DNA of 64,000 nucleotides from Candidatus Binatia bacterium. Lineage in GTDB: Bacteria; Desulfobacterota; Binatia; Bin18. Of the stretch, positions 29,944-40,308 are shown one piece after another. Location: positions 1 to 64,000 of the forward strand of contig CAXXHG010000035.1 in NCBI GenBank assembly GCA_963666315.2, in the 5' to 3' direction. The notes under the pieces are model-generated. The model did not search any database. It saw only the letters and a list, made by a program, of their open reading frames with translations, and was not told the DNA's origin. A program made the translations under genes and the position numbers. The first letter of the stretch is position 1. The number at the start of each line of letters is the position of its first letter.

Positions 29944-31693
29944 TTATACGACCGCCTGACCACTCCGCAGCAGCGTACCTGGCGTAGCGTTGGTGCATGC
30001 GCCGTCTTCGAATGTCACCTCACCGTTGACCATGGTCCAGCGATAGCCTTCCGCCTTCTGCACGCGCCGCCACTCACCGGCTGGCAGATCATGGACAACT
30101 TCTGAAGGCAAGATCTTCAAGTTGTCTAGATCATACACGATGACATCGGCCGCCATGCCTGGACGCAGACAGCCGCGGTCCTTAATGCGTGCCGCCCAGG
30201 CCGTCAGGTAGCTCAAGCGATAGTGGGCTTCTTCCAGCGTCATGACTTCTGAATCGCGGACCATCCAGGTGATCATATCCGCGGAATAGGTGCTTGGAGT
30301 GATGAACTTGATGTGCGCCCCACCATCCGACACCCCAGGCAGGGTGTAGGGAGAAGCCATGATCTCGCGGTAGTTTTCCACATCATTGTTGAGTAGAGGT
30401 CCGGCCCACTCGGTTTTGAGATTGTCAGCCACGGTCAGATCCAACATGGCATCAATGACGTGCTTGCCTTCCTGCTCGGCAATCTGCTCGACCGACAAAC
30501 CCTCATATTTTTCCTTGAGGTCTGGCGTGCGGACCTTGCGGGCGATAAATTCCGTGAGTTCGCCAAATAAGAAATCACGGGACTTTGTGCCGGCATCATA
30601 CTCTTCGCGCATGGCCGCGCGGATACGCGGATCGGCCAGCTTGGTCCTCTTCTCTTCAACCGTTCCCGTGGTCGCCTCACGCCAGGCCTCGCTGTCATCA
30701 AACAGGTTCCAGTCTTCGAAGTTGATGCGGTTGGGCGCCCGCGCCGTCGCGGCCTGTCCAAAGATCTGGATGCCCTTTTTGTTGGCCTCGGCCAGCCAGC
30801 GTAGCTGGGCTCGAAAGACATGCGGGAATTTGTCATTCACCGCCACAGCGTTGAACAACACCGAGCAGCCACTTTCTTCGGACAACCGGGCGTTGAAATT
30901 AAAGTCGTTGTGCATGCCGGCCTTGGGATCGTCGACGCCGACACTCGACCGGGTAAACTGGATGCACCCCTCACCACCCGCTCACCAAGCCCCCGGGCCA
31001 TGGCGATATAGAAATCGTCCGGCAGCATGTCGGTGATCATCGGCGTGCCGTCAAAGTCACGTTGAACAGCGGACGAGCCGCCGGGCACCAGCTGCTGAGC
31101 CGACCAGCCGTTCGCACCAGCATCCATGGCTCATGCATCAGGCGGACAATCTGTTGCGTTTCCTTCTCGTTTGGCAAGCGTTCCTTGGCCTCTGCAAAGC
31201 TGCCCAAGGCATAGGCCACGGCCGGTCCGAGGGGGAGGAAGTGGGAAATATTGATCCCCTTGGGTAAGGCATCGATGCGGTCCATGTATTGGGGAAAGGT
31301 TTCCCAGTCCCATGCCATTGAGACCTACATCGGCTCCATGGGGATAGCCTCGTTGCGGGATAACGACAGCATAGCTCGCTCGGTATCCTTGGGGTGGACA
31401 GGGGCAAAGCCAAAGCCACAGTTCCCGACGGTGACCGAGGTGACCCCATGCCCGCTGGAGATGGTCAGATACGGGTCCCAGTGAATCTGGGCATCATAGT
31501 GGGTGTGCAGATCAATGCCGCCCGGCGCGACGATCAGCCCACGCGCATCCAAGACCTTTTCGGCGTCGCTGGTATTCAGGCGGCCGATCTCGGCGATCTT
31601 GCCATTCTTAATGCAAATGTCGCCTCTATAACGCGGGACACGGGTGCCATCGACAATCGTGCCATCTTTAATAATCGTATCGAACTGAGCCAT
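29944..31693 (-). pseudogene. N-acyl-D-amino-acid deacylase-like amidohydrolase with about three frameshifts
   Basis: Consecutive frames MAQFDTIIKDG..DLHTHYD..GNCGF | MAWDWETFPQY | DAGANGWS | ..SDGGAH..DLPAGEWRR; breaks near 31325, 31130 and 30980. Confidence 0.85.
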
Positions 31694-31800
31694 AATCCCT
31701 CCTCCTTTTGCTTTGCAGTCTCTACGATGCGTCAGCATGGAATATCTGGGCGCGCGCTGTCAATGGTTGGGTAAGAAACGGTCCTAGGCGGATTTTAGGG

Positions 31801-31858
31801 TGTAGGGGCGGGTCTTGTGCCCGCCCGAGTTCGGGCACCCACAAGAGGTGCCCCTACG
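31801..31858. repeat. REP-like doublet palindrome
   Basis: GTAGGGGCGGGTCTTGTGCCCGCCC..GGGCACCCACAAGAGGTGCCCCTAC. Confidence 0.65.
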
Positions 31859-31859
31859 G

Positions 31860-32388
31860 TTAGACAACCGGATCTGCTTGGCAAGCTGCAAGCAGATCAC
31901 ATACATCCTCAGGCTCGGCATTGCCCCAATCGGCGGCTTCATGTGGATTGCGGCCCATCTCTTTAACCGCGTCGATGGCGTCTTTGACTGGTAATCCCCG
32001 ACCGAAGACTAACCATGCCGCGAGTACCTGACCCGCGCCCTCTGCCGCCGTAACAATGCACCACAACAGGCGCTTGTTTTTCGGCGGCTTCTTTTAAAAA
32101 GGGCAGAATGCGTTTTTTCATGGGGTCGATATCACACAGATGATAGTCGGGTATCGGAGCCCAACAAATATTGTCTGGCCCAAACTCTCTCTTGTAGACT
32201 TCTAGGAGGTCTTCTTTATACGCACACAGCTGCTCTTGAGGCAGCAAACAGCAGACACGTTTGACGCCGTGTTTCTGCATATAGGCGACCCATTCGTTAA
32301 TGCGAAGCTTAGAAAAGGCGGGACCCCGAGCCCCAAAGACAAGCGGCTCATCTTGTGCGGCTGGACTGAAGCGGAAATTTGTCGGCAT
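31860..32388 (-). pseudogene. Dual-specificity/tyrosine protein phosphatase, frameshifted just after the active site
   Basis: VKRVCCLL, PIPDY, VVVHCYGGRGR; continues in another frame as GQVLAAWLV..DAIDAVKEMGRNP. Confidence 0.8.
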
Positions 32389-32396
32389 GCTGTCCT

Positions 32397-32900
32397 TTAC
32401 GCTTTCTTGAACTCCATAAATTCTAAGACTGTGCCGTCCGGATCGGTGCAGCAGAAAAACGTTTGCCTTGTGCCACCCAAGCCGGTTTCGTGCGGTTCGG
32501 TGAATGGCTCGACCCCGCGGGTCTTCAGTTCTTTATACGCCTGCCAGGCATCTTTGACTTTGAAACAAATGCGGGCAATACCGAGATGGGCGAGGTGGGG
32601 ATAAGGTTGGCCTTCGGCTTTGGGGTCGATCCACTCAATCAAGTCGAGCCGAGTCGCGCGTGGGTCATCGCCAAGGACGAGCAGCCGCGCCCGCCCACGA
32701 CTCTCTTCGGGCAGACCCAGGGCTGGGCCCAAGCCCGGCTCAACCGGCGCCTTTTTTTCGTCGATCTTTTTGGTTGCCAGTGCATTCGTCTTTTTATTGA
32801 AATCCAGCAGCTCCTTAAACCCGATCGCTTTGTAAAATTCCAGCGACCGGTCCAGATTTGAGCAGTTCACATTGATGTGAAAGATTTGCAGATTTTCCAT
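32397..32900 (-). CDS. VOC/glyoxalase family protein
   Basis: FHINVNCSNLDRSLEFY..DLIEW..GIARICF..DPDGTVLEFME. Confidence 0.9.
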   Translation of the reverse strand: MENLQIFHINVNCSNLDRSLEFYKAIGFKELLDFNKKTNALATKKIDEKKAPVEPGLGPALGLPEESRGRARLLVLGDDPRATRLDLIEWIDPKAEGQPYPHLAHLGIARICFKVKDAWQAYKELKTRGVEPFTEPHETGLGGTRQTFFCCTDPDGTVLEFMEFKKA

Positions 32901-33031
32901 TACGAGGCCCTCCTGTGTTGTTTTTCTTATCTGCCACACCGTCGTCAACACTGTGCTGTCAAACTGAAGCGCGTCACACATATTGCCTTACGTGTCACTA
33001 GGGTTCATTTTGTAACAAAGGGGGACTAACA

Positions 33032-33655
33032 ATGAGCGATCTGACATTACCAAAAGATAAAACCGCCATCCTGGTGATGGACTGCCAAAACGATATTGTG
33101 CATGAAGACGGCAAAGTCGGCGGTCACCTGACCGACGGAGCCATGCCGAGGTTGATCAAAGAAAAGAATATCCTCGGCACGATCAGTAAGCTGGCCGCCG
33201 TGGGCAGAGCGGCCAAGGTGCCGATCATTCATGTGCGGCATGCGTATCGGCCGGATTACGCCGACCTGCCGGAAAACTTCAAGATTTTTCGAAGCATGAA
33301 ACAGATGCAGGCCCTGCAAGATGGTACATGGGGCGCTGAGATCCATGCCGACGTCAGTCTTGAGCCGCAAGATATCGTTCTTACCAAAACGCGCGTCAGT
33401 TCTTTTTATGCGAGTCCGCTGGAAGGCATCCTCAACGCCCAGGGCCTCACCCACCTGGTGCTGACTGGAATTGCAACCGATGGCGTGGTTGAGGGAACGG
33501 CGCGCGATGGCGCCGACCGGGGCTATACCATCATTATTCCCGACGACTGCTGTGCCGCTACGACCGAAGAGGCCCATCGGGTGATTTTGGGCGGCATTCT
33601 CGCCGCCCTGACTACGGTGTGTACGGCTGATGATGTGATCCAGGCGTTAGGGTAG
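33032..33655 (+). CDS. Isochorismatase/cysteine hydrolase family protein
   Basis: TAILVMDCQND, GTWGAEI, KTRVSSF, GIATDGVVEGTARD. Confidence 0.9.
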   Translation: MSDLTLPKDKTAILVMDCQNDIVHEDGKVGGHLTDGAMPRLIKEKNILGTISKLAAVGRAAKVPIIHVRHAYRPDYADLPENFKIFRSMKQMQALQDGTWGAEIHADVSLEPQDIVLTKTRVSSFYASPLEGILNAQGLTHLVLTGIATDGVVEGTARDGADRGYTIIIPDDCCAATTEEAHRVILGGILAALTTVCTADDVIQALG

Positions 33656-33702
33656 GAGCGCAACGATAGGGCGAGGGAACCTCGTCCCTACAGCACGCGT
33701 TG

Positions 33703-34125
33703 CTACAGCTCGGGGGGGGCCAGGATCGTCAAGCCAAAGAACGACTCGTTGCCCGTACGCAGTGAGTGCGGGGCGCCGGCCGGAATCATGAGCACGTCGC
33801 CTACTTTGAGATCCTGCTCTTTGCCGGACACTTTGGCTGTCGCGCACCCCTCAACGACATAAATAATCTGGTCGCCCTTGTGGGTGTTCTCTGTGTCGTT
33901 GCTATAGCCTGCCGGCAGGGTGAATGCGACTGTCTGGCTCATAGGGGTTTCTTGCAACTTGGCCACCGGGCTGCCTCGATGCTCAAAGACGTTGGCAACA
34001 TCAAGCCCGCCTGCCGCACCGTTTGCCCCAAGTTCTTGCATCTGTTCTGCAAACAGTGCATCTGAGATCAGCCCCTGCCGATACGCCTTAAGGATTTGTT
34101 TCACTTCAAAATCTTTGTGCGCCAT
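33703..34125 (-). CDS. Cupin domain protein with SHOCT-like N-terminal helix pair
   Basis: HKGDQIIYVVEG..GDVLMIPAGAPH cupin motifs; N-terminus ILKAYRQGLISDALFAEQMQEL. Confidence 0.82.
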   Translation of the reverse strand: MAHKDFEVKQILKAYRQGLISDALFAEQMQELGANGAAGGLDVANVFEHRGSPVAKLQETPMSQTVAFTLPAGYSNDTENTHKGDQIIYVVEGCATAKVSGKEQDLKVGDVLMIPAGAPHSLRTGNESFFGLTILAPPEL

Positions 34126-34264
34126 ACTGTTACTCCCTTCTTTAATGAGTTTTCGATACGCGTGCCTTTGGCCATAGCGCTGGGCTGTACGGAAAGCAAG
34201 ACGTTGGCGATATTAATCGGAAGTGTTGCAGGTGGCAGGACCGGCGCGTATGCTCTGGCCCTGC

Positions 34265-35206
34265 ATGCAATACACCACCCTAGGACGGACTGGTCTCAAG
34301 GTCAGTGTCGCTGGCCTTGGTTGCGGCGGCCACAGCCGGTTGGGGCAGAGAACCGGAAAAACTGAGCAAGAATCTATTGGAATCGTCCACCAGGCGTTAG
34401 ATCTTGGTGTTAATCTCATTGATACTGCCGAGGCATATAAAACCGAAAAGATCGTAGGCAAGGCCATTCAAAGCATCCGGCGCGATCAGATTGTCATCTC
34501 AACAAAAAAACTGTGTTCGTCGTCCGATAGTAAGAATCCAAGCGGTGAACTCCGGCGTGGAGTTGAACAAAGCCTCAAGCGGCTGCAGACCGACTACGTA
34601 GATGTCTTCTATCTCCACGGCGTGCGGCCCGAGCAATACCAGTATGCACGCGACACGCTTGCGCCGGTGCTGGTGCAGCTGCGTGAGGAGGGGAAGATCC
34701 GCTTCATCGGTGTGACCGAGGCCTTTATTCCCGATCCGCAACACGCCATGCTCAAACAGGCTCTGGAGGATGACTGTTGGGATGTGATGATGGTCGGGTT
34801 TAATCTGCTCAATCAATCCGCACGCCAGCGCGTATTTCCAAAAACCCAAGAAAAAAATATCGGCATCATGGATATGTTTGCGGTGCGTAATGCGCTCAGT
34901 CGGCCGGATCACCTTCAAAAGCTCTTGACCGAGTTAAGAGACAATAAACAGATCAATCCAACGCTGTGTGACAGGAAAGAGCTTCTTGGCTTTCTGACCG
35001 AAAACGTAAAAGCCGAGACGATTCCTGAAGCCGCCTATCGGTACTGTCGGCATGAACCGGGGATCGATACGGTCTTGATCGGAACCGGCAACGTCGGTCA
35101 TCTCAAGGAGAATGTTGCTGCTCTCCTGAAGGAGCCTTTGGTGCAGCAAGATAGGCAGCGGCTGGGAGAGATGTTTGGGCAGGTGGATTCGGTGTCGGGG
35201 AATTAG
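34265..35206 (+). CDS. Aldo/keto reductase
   Basis: LGRTGLKVS, GVNLIDTAEAY, ISTK, SLKRLQTDYVDVFYLH, EGKIRFIG. Confidence 0.93.
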   Translation: MQYTTLGRTGLKVSVAGLGCGGHSRLGQRTGKTEQESIGIVHQALDLGVNLIDTAEAYKTEKIVGKAIQSIRRDQIVISTKKLCSSSDSKNPSGELRRGVEQSLKRLQTDYVDVFYLHGVRPEQYQYARDTLAPVLVQLREEGKIRFIGVTEAFIPDPQHAMLKQALEDDCWDVMMVGFNLLNQSARQRVFPKTQEKNIGIMDMFAVRNALSRPDHLQKLLTELRDNKQINPTLCDRKELLGFLTENVKAETIPEAAYRYCRHEPGIDTVLIGTGNVGHLKENVAALLKEPLVQQDRQRLGEMFGQVDSVSGN

Positions 35207-35325
35207 TTTTGTTGTGGTGTGTCTAGGGCGAAACGTACGTCTAGGTGAAAAACAGGCCATGCTAACAAGTAGTGTATGCCTAGCCCCTCCTCGGAGGGGA
35301 AGGTAGACCGTAAAAGGAGACTCCT

Positions 35326-37068
35326 ATGGGCGAACCAACTTTCGTTGTCGAAAAAGACGTAGCCGTTCCCATGCGAGACGGCGTTGTTCTACGGGCTGAT
35401 GTATTTCGCCCTGCGGGAGCAGGCTCGTATCCGGTCATCCTGCAGCGGACTCCGTATAATAAGAGCCTCACCATGATTTCCATGCTCATGCTTGATGTCA
35501 TGCGTACAGCCAGTGAGGGCTACGTTGTCGTTATTCAAGACTCGCGTGGTCGATACGCCTCGGACGGAGAGTTTTACGCCTTTCGAGATGACATTGCGGA
35601 TGGTTATGACACGGTGGAGTGGTGTGCGGTGCAGCCGTGGTCAGACGGCAATGTCGGCATGTATGGCGCGTCTTATGTTGGCGCTACACAGTGGTTGGCC
35701 GCCATAAGCAAACCGCCCCATCTCAAGGCTATTTTCCCACTGATTACGGCCTCCGATTATCACGAGGGCTGGACGTATCAGGGCGGAGCCTTTGCGCTTG
35801 GTTTTAACGCAAGCTGGACCATGACCGGCCTGGCGCCGGATACGGCCATGCGCCTTGCCAAACAAAATCCCGAACTACGAGACGACGCGGGACAACTGCT
35901 GACCGGGATTGACGATATGTGTGATGTCTTTCGTCATCTCCCGCTGAAAGATTTTCCGTTCTTCAGTAAGTCTGCGCCGTACTTCTACGACTGGGTGGCG
36001 CATCCGGACGATGACGACTACTGGGCACGGCTCAATATTGAAAACCGGCATGATTCGATTACCGTCCCGGCTTGCAATGTCGGTGGCTGGTACGACATTT
36101 TTTTGGGCGGTACGATTCGTAATTATGTGGGTATGCAAGAACGAGCGGCCACCCCAGAGGCTCGCAGCGGTCAGAAACTCGTCATAGGTCCGTGGCACCA
36201 TACACTGCCTCTCAGCAATATCGTGGGCGAGGCGAATTTCGGGCTAGCGAGTACACCCCTGGCTGCAGATCTGGATGGCCTGCACATTAAATGGTTTGAC
36301 TACTGGCTCAAAGGCAAACGGAACGGTCTGTTAGAAGAACCGCCCGTCCGCATTTTTGTGATGGGCAAGAATGTATGGCGGAATGAAAACGAATGGCCGC
36401 TGGCTCGGACCCAGTACACAACGTACTACTTGCATAGTGACGGAAAAGCGAACAGCCTGCGTGGTGATGGAATACTGAGTCCTGAGGTCCCGCGTAGCAA
36501 ACTTGCCGATGCGTATGTGTCTGACCCGCGTAATCCCGTTCCAACCAAGGGCGGAGGGTTGTGCTGCTGGCCCGCGGCTGTACCAGGCGGCGCGTTCGAT
36601 CAACGATCCGTAGAAGAACGGGAAGACGTCCTGGTATACACTACCCCGGTATTGGAACAGGATGTCGAGGTCACCGGACCGATAACGGTTACGCTGTACG
36701 CGGCAACCAGCGCGGTCGATACCGACTTTACGGCTAAGCTGGTAGATGTCCATCCAGCAGGGTACGCACGTAATCTGACTGACGGTATCATTCGTGGTCG
36801 CTATCGTGCATCAAAAGTAAAAGCAACGCTGCTCAAACCGGATGAGGTTTACGAGTTTACGATAGACCTGTGGGCGACCAGCAATGTCTTCAAAGCCGGG
36901 CACCGTATTCGTCTCGACATCGCCAGCTCAAACTTCCCACGTTTTGACCGCAATCCGCAAACGGGTGAGGCAAGTGGCGAGGCAAGCATACTGGAGCCCG
37001 CCCTACAGCACGTCTTTCATGACGAAGCGCATCCTTCTCACGTGGTGTTGCCGATTATTCCGAAGTGA
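35326..37068 (+). CDS. CocE/NonD family serine hydrolase
   Basis: MRDGVVL, RTPYNK, QDSRGRYASDG, GMYGASY, GGWYD, IGPWHH, SSNFPRFDRN. Confidence 0.95.
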   Translation: MGEPTFVVEKDVAVPMRDGVVLRADVFRPAGAGSYPVILQRTPYNKSLTMISMLMLDVMRTASEGYVVVIQDSRGRYASDGEFYAFRDDIADGYDTVEWCAVQPWSDGNVGMYGASYVGATQWLAAISKPPHLKAIFPLITASDYHEGWTYQGGAFALGFNASWTMTGLAPDTAMRLAKQNPELRDDAGQLLTGIDDMCDVFRHLPLKDFPFFSKSAPYFYDWVAHPDDDDYWARLNIENRHDSITVPACNVGGWYDIFLGGTIRNYVGMQERAATPEARSGQKLVIGPWHHTLPLSNIVGEANFGLASTPLAADLDGLHIKWFDYWLKGKRNGLLEEPPVRIFVMGKNVWRNENEWPLARTQYTTYYLHSDGKANSLRGDGILSPEVPRSKLADAYVSDPRNPVPTKGGGLCCWPAAVPGGAFDQRSVEEREDVLVYTTPVLEQDVEVTGPITVTLYAATSAVDTDFTAKLVDVHPAGYARNLTDGIIRGRYRASKVKATLLKPDEVYEFTIDLWATSNVFKAGHRIRLDIASSNFPRFDRNPQTGEASGEASILEPALQHVFHDEAHPSHVVLPIIPK

Positions 37069-37086
37069 AGGAGCAAAGGAGAAACT

Positions 37087-37863
37087 ATGTCCCTGAAAAT
37101 TGAAGATCACGGCCGGGTCCGAAAACTTACCCTGAACCGCCCCGAGCAATTGAATGCGTTTAATAATGAACAGTATGCTGCGGTGCGGGATGCACTGAAA
37201 CAGACCGAACAAGACCCTGGCATTGCCGTTGCGGTTTTGACAGGCGAAGGTCGGGCGTTTTCCGCCGGCCAAGACTTAGCCGAGATGCAGCGGATGATCG
37301 ACAGCGGCAGTGAGGGCTATCAGTTTCCGAGCTTTCTTGCTCAGCTAACGTCATTCAAAAAACCGCTCATCGCTGCAGTCAACGGTGTGGGCGTGGGGAT
37401 CGGTATGACCATGCTGTCTCACTGTGACCTGGTACTGATATCGAGTAGGGCCAAGTTGCGTACGCCATTTCCGCAACTCGGCCTTGCACCGGAAGCGGGC
37501 AGCAGTGGTCTTTTTCCCATGCGTATGGGCTGGCAGAACGCTGCCTACACGTTGCTATCCGGGAAGTGGATGTCAGCAGAAGAAGTATATCAAGCCGGCT
37601 ATGTCTGGAAAATGTGTCCTCCGGAAGAGTTGATGGATCAGGCTATGGCCACGGCAGAAGAGATCGCCGCTAACCCCATTTCCTCTCTTGTCGCAACCAA
37701 GGAACTCATGCTGGCGGGTGGACGGCTTGCGTTGGCGAAAGAGTCTCATGCGCGTGAAATTGAAGCGTATAAAGACTTGGTCGGCGCGCCGGCCAACCGT
37801 GAGGCAATTGCCGCCTTTCTAGAGAATCGTAAGCCGGACTTTTCGAAAATTCCTGGGGCGTGA
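37087..37863 (+). CDS. Enoyl-CoA hydratase/isomerase family protein
   Basis: LNRPEQLNAF, AFSAGQDL, KPLIAAVNG, GLAPEAGSS. Confidence 0.93.
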   Translation: MSLKIEDHGRVRKLTLNRPEQLNAFNNEQYAAVRDALKQTEQDPGIAVAVLTGEGRAFSAGQDLAEMQRMIDSGSEGYQFPSFLAQLTSFKKPLIAAVNGVGVGIGMTMLSHCDLVLISSRAKLRTPFPQLGLAPEAGSSGLFPMRMGWQNAAYTLLSGKWMSAEEVYQAGYVWKMCPPEELMDQAMATAEEIAANPISSLVATKELMLAGGRLALAKESHAREIEAYKDLVGAPANREAIAAFLENRKPDFSKIPGA

Positions 37864-37965
37864 GGGGTTGGGACCCTTCTTCTTCGTCAGGACTGACCTC
37901 GTGCATAATAAACGGTATATGGCCGCCTTGGTTAAGCGAGTTTCAGGGCAACTCCAGACAAGCAT

Positions 37966-38232
37966 GTGGGAAAGATCTTACATATCATACACATGTTGGA
38001 GGAATTTGGGCCAGGTCTTCCCTTCCCCTACTCCAGCCAGATCGAAGGAAAGATGCGAGAGCTAAGGGCACACTACGGAAAAACGCATTATCGACTGCTG
38101 TACTACGGAGATGTACGGCGAGGCTTTATTCTGCTGCATGCGTTCATGAAGCGGACGGAGCGTATACCAGAGAAAGAGAAAAGAATCGCCCGGCAGCGAC
38201 TCCAGGCGGATGAACAGCGAAAGAAGGGCTAA
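37966..38232 (+). CDS. HigB/RelE (Gp49-like) toxin, N-terminus apparently truncated
   Basis: LEEFGPGLPFPYSSQIEGKMRELR..YRLLY..ILLHAFMKRT; immediately upstream of an HTH antitoxin. Confidence 0.8.
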   Translation: MGKILHIIHMLEEFGPGLPFPYSSQIEGKMRELRAHYGKTHYRLLYYGDVRRGFILLHAFMKRTERIPEKEKRIARQRLQADEQRKKG

Positions 38233-38237
38233 ACAAG

Positions 38238-38588
38238 ATGAAGAAGAATAGGTACACGGCATTCAACCAGCGCGCCTTAACCAAGCCCGAGATTAGGAAA
38301 GCCTTTGACGCGGGGTTGGACGAGCTCCGGTTTGCTGTTCGCTTGGCAGAACTACGAGAAAAGCGTGGACTGACGCAGACTCAACTCGCTGCTCAGATTT
38401 CCACCAGTCCCGCCGTGATTTCCAGAATTGAGAACGGCGGTAATGCACAGCTGAAGACGCTGCAGAAAACCGCACGGGCTCTGCAGGTCCAGCTCAAAAT
38501 TGACCTTGTCGAAGCCAGACAAGCCCCAGATGCAGTCAGACCAGCTTCTCCAATAACGCTTTGGCGTCCTTTATTGCCCAAATCCTGA
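38238..38588 (+). CDS. HigA-type XRE antitoxin
   Basis: LAELREKRGLTQTQLA..ISRIENG..LKTLQK; toxin-first arrangement. Confidence 0.85.
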   Translation: MKKNRYTAFNQRALTKPEIRKAFDAGLDELRFAVRLAELREKRGLTQTQLAAQISTSPAVISRIENGGNAQLKTLQKTARALQVQLKIDLVEARQAPDAVRPASPITLWRPLLPKS

Positions 38589-38646
38589 CTAGCACGCGTC
38601 CGTATCCTTCGCCGGGAAGAGCAGACTAACCTTAAAGGAATTGACT

Positions 38647-40050
38647 GTGCAGCGTAATCCGCGTGTCTCAATTGGTATTTTCTCTGGGCTCATTATCCTT
38701 TGCACCTCATACTGGATGCCGGTTTGGGCTGCGTCTCCGCTCATTACTTTGAATCCGCCGAGTCGATTGTCCTTTACTGGTTTTGCCACGTCGCTCGCTA
38801 TTGTCGGCGATGTTGACGCGGACAGCATGCCTGGTTACCTGGTCGGGGCGTACCAGCATGGTTTGAATAATACGGAAAAGCAGGGTCGGGCTTTTCTCTT
38901 TAGCGGGCGCGAGGGCCGGTTTTACTGACGTTGGACAATCCATTTCCCCAGGCAGACGCCGCCTTTGGCTGTGCTGTCGCTGGGGCTGGTGACGTGAATC
39001 AAGACGGGGTGCCCGACCTCATTATTGGTGCCTTTGGCCAAGGAGAGAGAGGCAGTGCACGCGATCTTGTTGGCTGGCAAGAGCTGCTGGGCGTGGGAGG
39101 AGTGCGCAATCTTTCCCAAGATGCCGGGAGTGGCCACGGGTTTGTGTTCAGCGGCAAAGACGGACAACTCCTGTACACGCTCCTCTCACCTCAACCGCAA
39201 GCCGGGGCTGCGTTTGGCTGGGCGGTTACGTCTATGGCCGACGTAACCCAAGACGGCATTAACGAACTTGTTGTCGGTGCGCCCGCCCAAGATGGTGTAG
39301 GCAGAGTGTTTGTGTTTAACGGGCGCAGCGGCAGCTTACTGAGGACCTTGATGCCACCGCCCGAGTCCTCTGGCATGGCGTTTGGCTGGGCGGTTGCCGC
39401 GATTAGTGATCTGAATACAGACGGGGCTCCCGAGATCTTGGTGGGAGCTCCGCACTCCAACTAAAGGCGAGCAGGCCACGGGGCAGGGCCGAGTCTACGT
39501 CTTTAGTGGTCAAACTGGGACGCTGCTTTACAGCATTGATGACCCTCAGCCTCAAGCGGGCGCGACCTTCGGCTGGCATGTTGCGTCAGGCGGAGACCTC
39601 AACCAAGACGAGGTGCCGGACATCCTGGTAGGAGCCCCTCACAAGGATGTTAATTCTCGCCGCTGGGAGGGCGCAGCCCTTGCCTTTAGCGGGCAGGATG
39701 GCTCGCTTCTCTTTGCCCTCAACAACCCAGCGCCTCGACTCGATACCGGTTTCGGCTGGGTCGTTGGGAAGAGCATGGACCTCAATCAGGACGGGGCGGC
39801 TGAAATCTTTGTTGGTGCTCCGTACCAAAGAGTGGACGAATTGCACGTACAGGGTGAGGTTTTTGTCTTCAACGGCCGTGATGGCGGGCATCTGACCACG
39901 CTTGATAACCCCTCTCCGCACTAGGGTTCAGCCTTTGGCTATGCGGTGGTCTCACCGGGGGATGTGGATGGCGACAAGCGGCCTGACTTTGTCATTGGCG
40001 CGGCAGGTCAAGGGACGCGAGACCAGATTGCCGTAGGCCGCGTATATTTT
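38647..40050 (+). pseudogene. Secreted FG-GAP (integrin alpha beta-propeller) repeat protein, disrupted
   Basis: Signal peptide plus repeats FG.AV...GD.N.DG..D..VGAP..G.VFVF.G; frameshifts near 38925 and 39465 and an in-frame TAG at 39922. Confidence 0.85.
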
Positions 40051-40295
40051 TGTATCCCGCCCGCAACCGGCGGAAAGATACTGACCTGATCTCCATCCGT
40101 CAGCGCCCGCTCAAATTCGCGCGTTTGCTCACCGTTGACCAATACCATTTGAGCCAGCTCGAGAGGAATATCCAGATGTTGGATCAGATCGCTGATGGTC
40201 ACATTATCCGCCAAGTCCAGCGTCGCCTTGCCCCTGGATGAATCCGGCGGCAATTTTTTACGCAGTGTGGCAAAGAGCTTGAGATTGATCTGCAT
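40008..40295 (-). CDS. MoaD/ThiS family sulfur carrier
   Basis: MQINLKLFATLR..VLVNG..LTDGDQVSIFPPVAGG; the frame continues 15 aa past GG. Confidence 0.85.
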   Translation of the reverse strand: MQINLKLFATLRKKLPPDSSRGKATLDLADNVTISDLIQHLDIPLELAQMVLVNGEQTREFERALTDGDQVSIFPPVAGGIQKYTRPTAIWSRVP

Positions 40296-40308
40296 GGATA
40301 GCTTGCCC

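Noticed and set aside
39922-39924. In-frame TAG in the FG-GAP gene as pyrrolysine
   Set aside because: It corresponds to Gln in the sister repeats (P.PQ; CAG to TAG), the gene has other frameshifts, and no pyl genes are seen.
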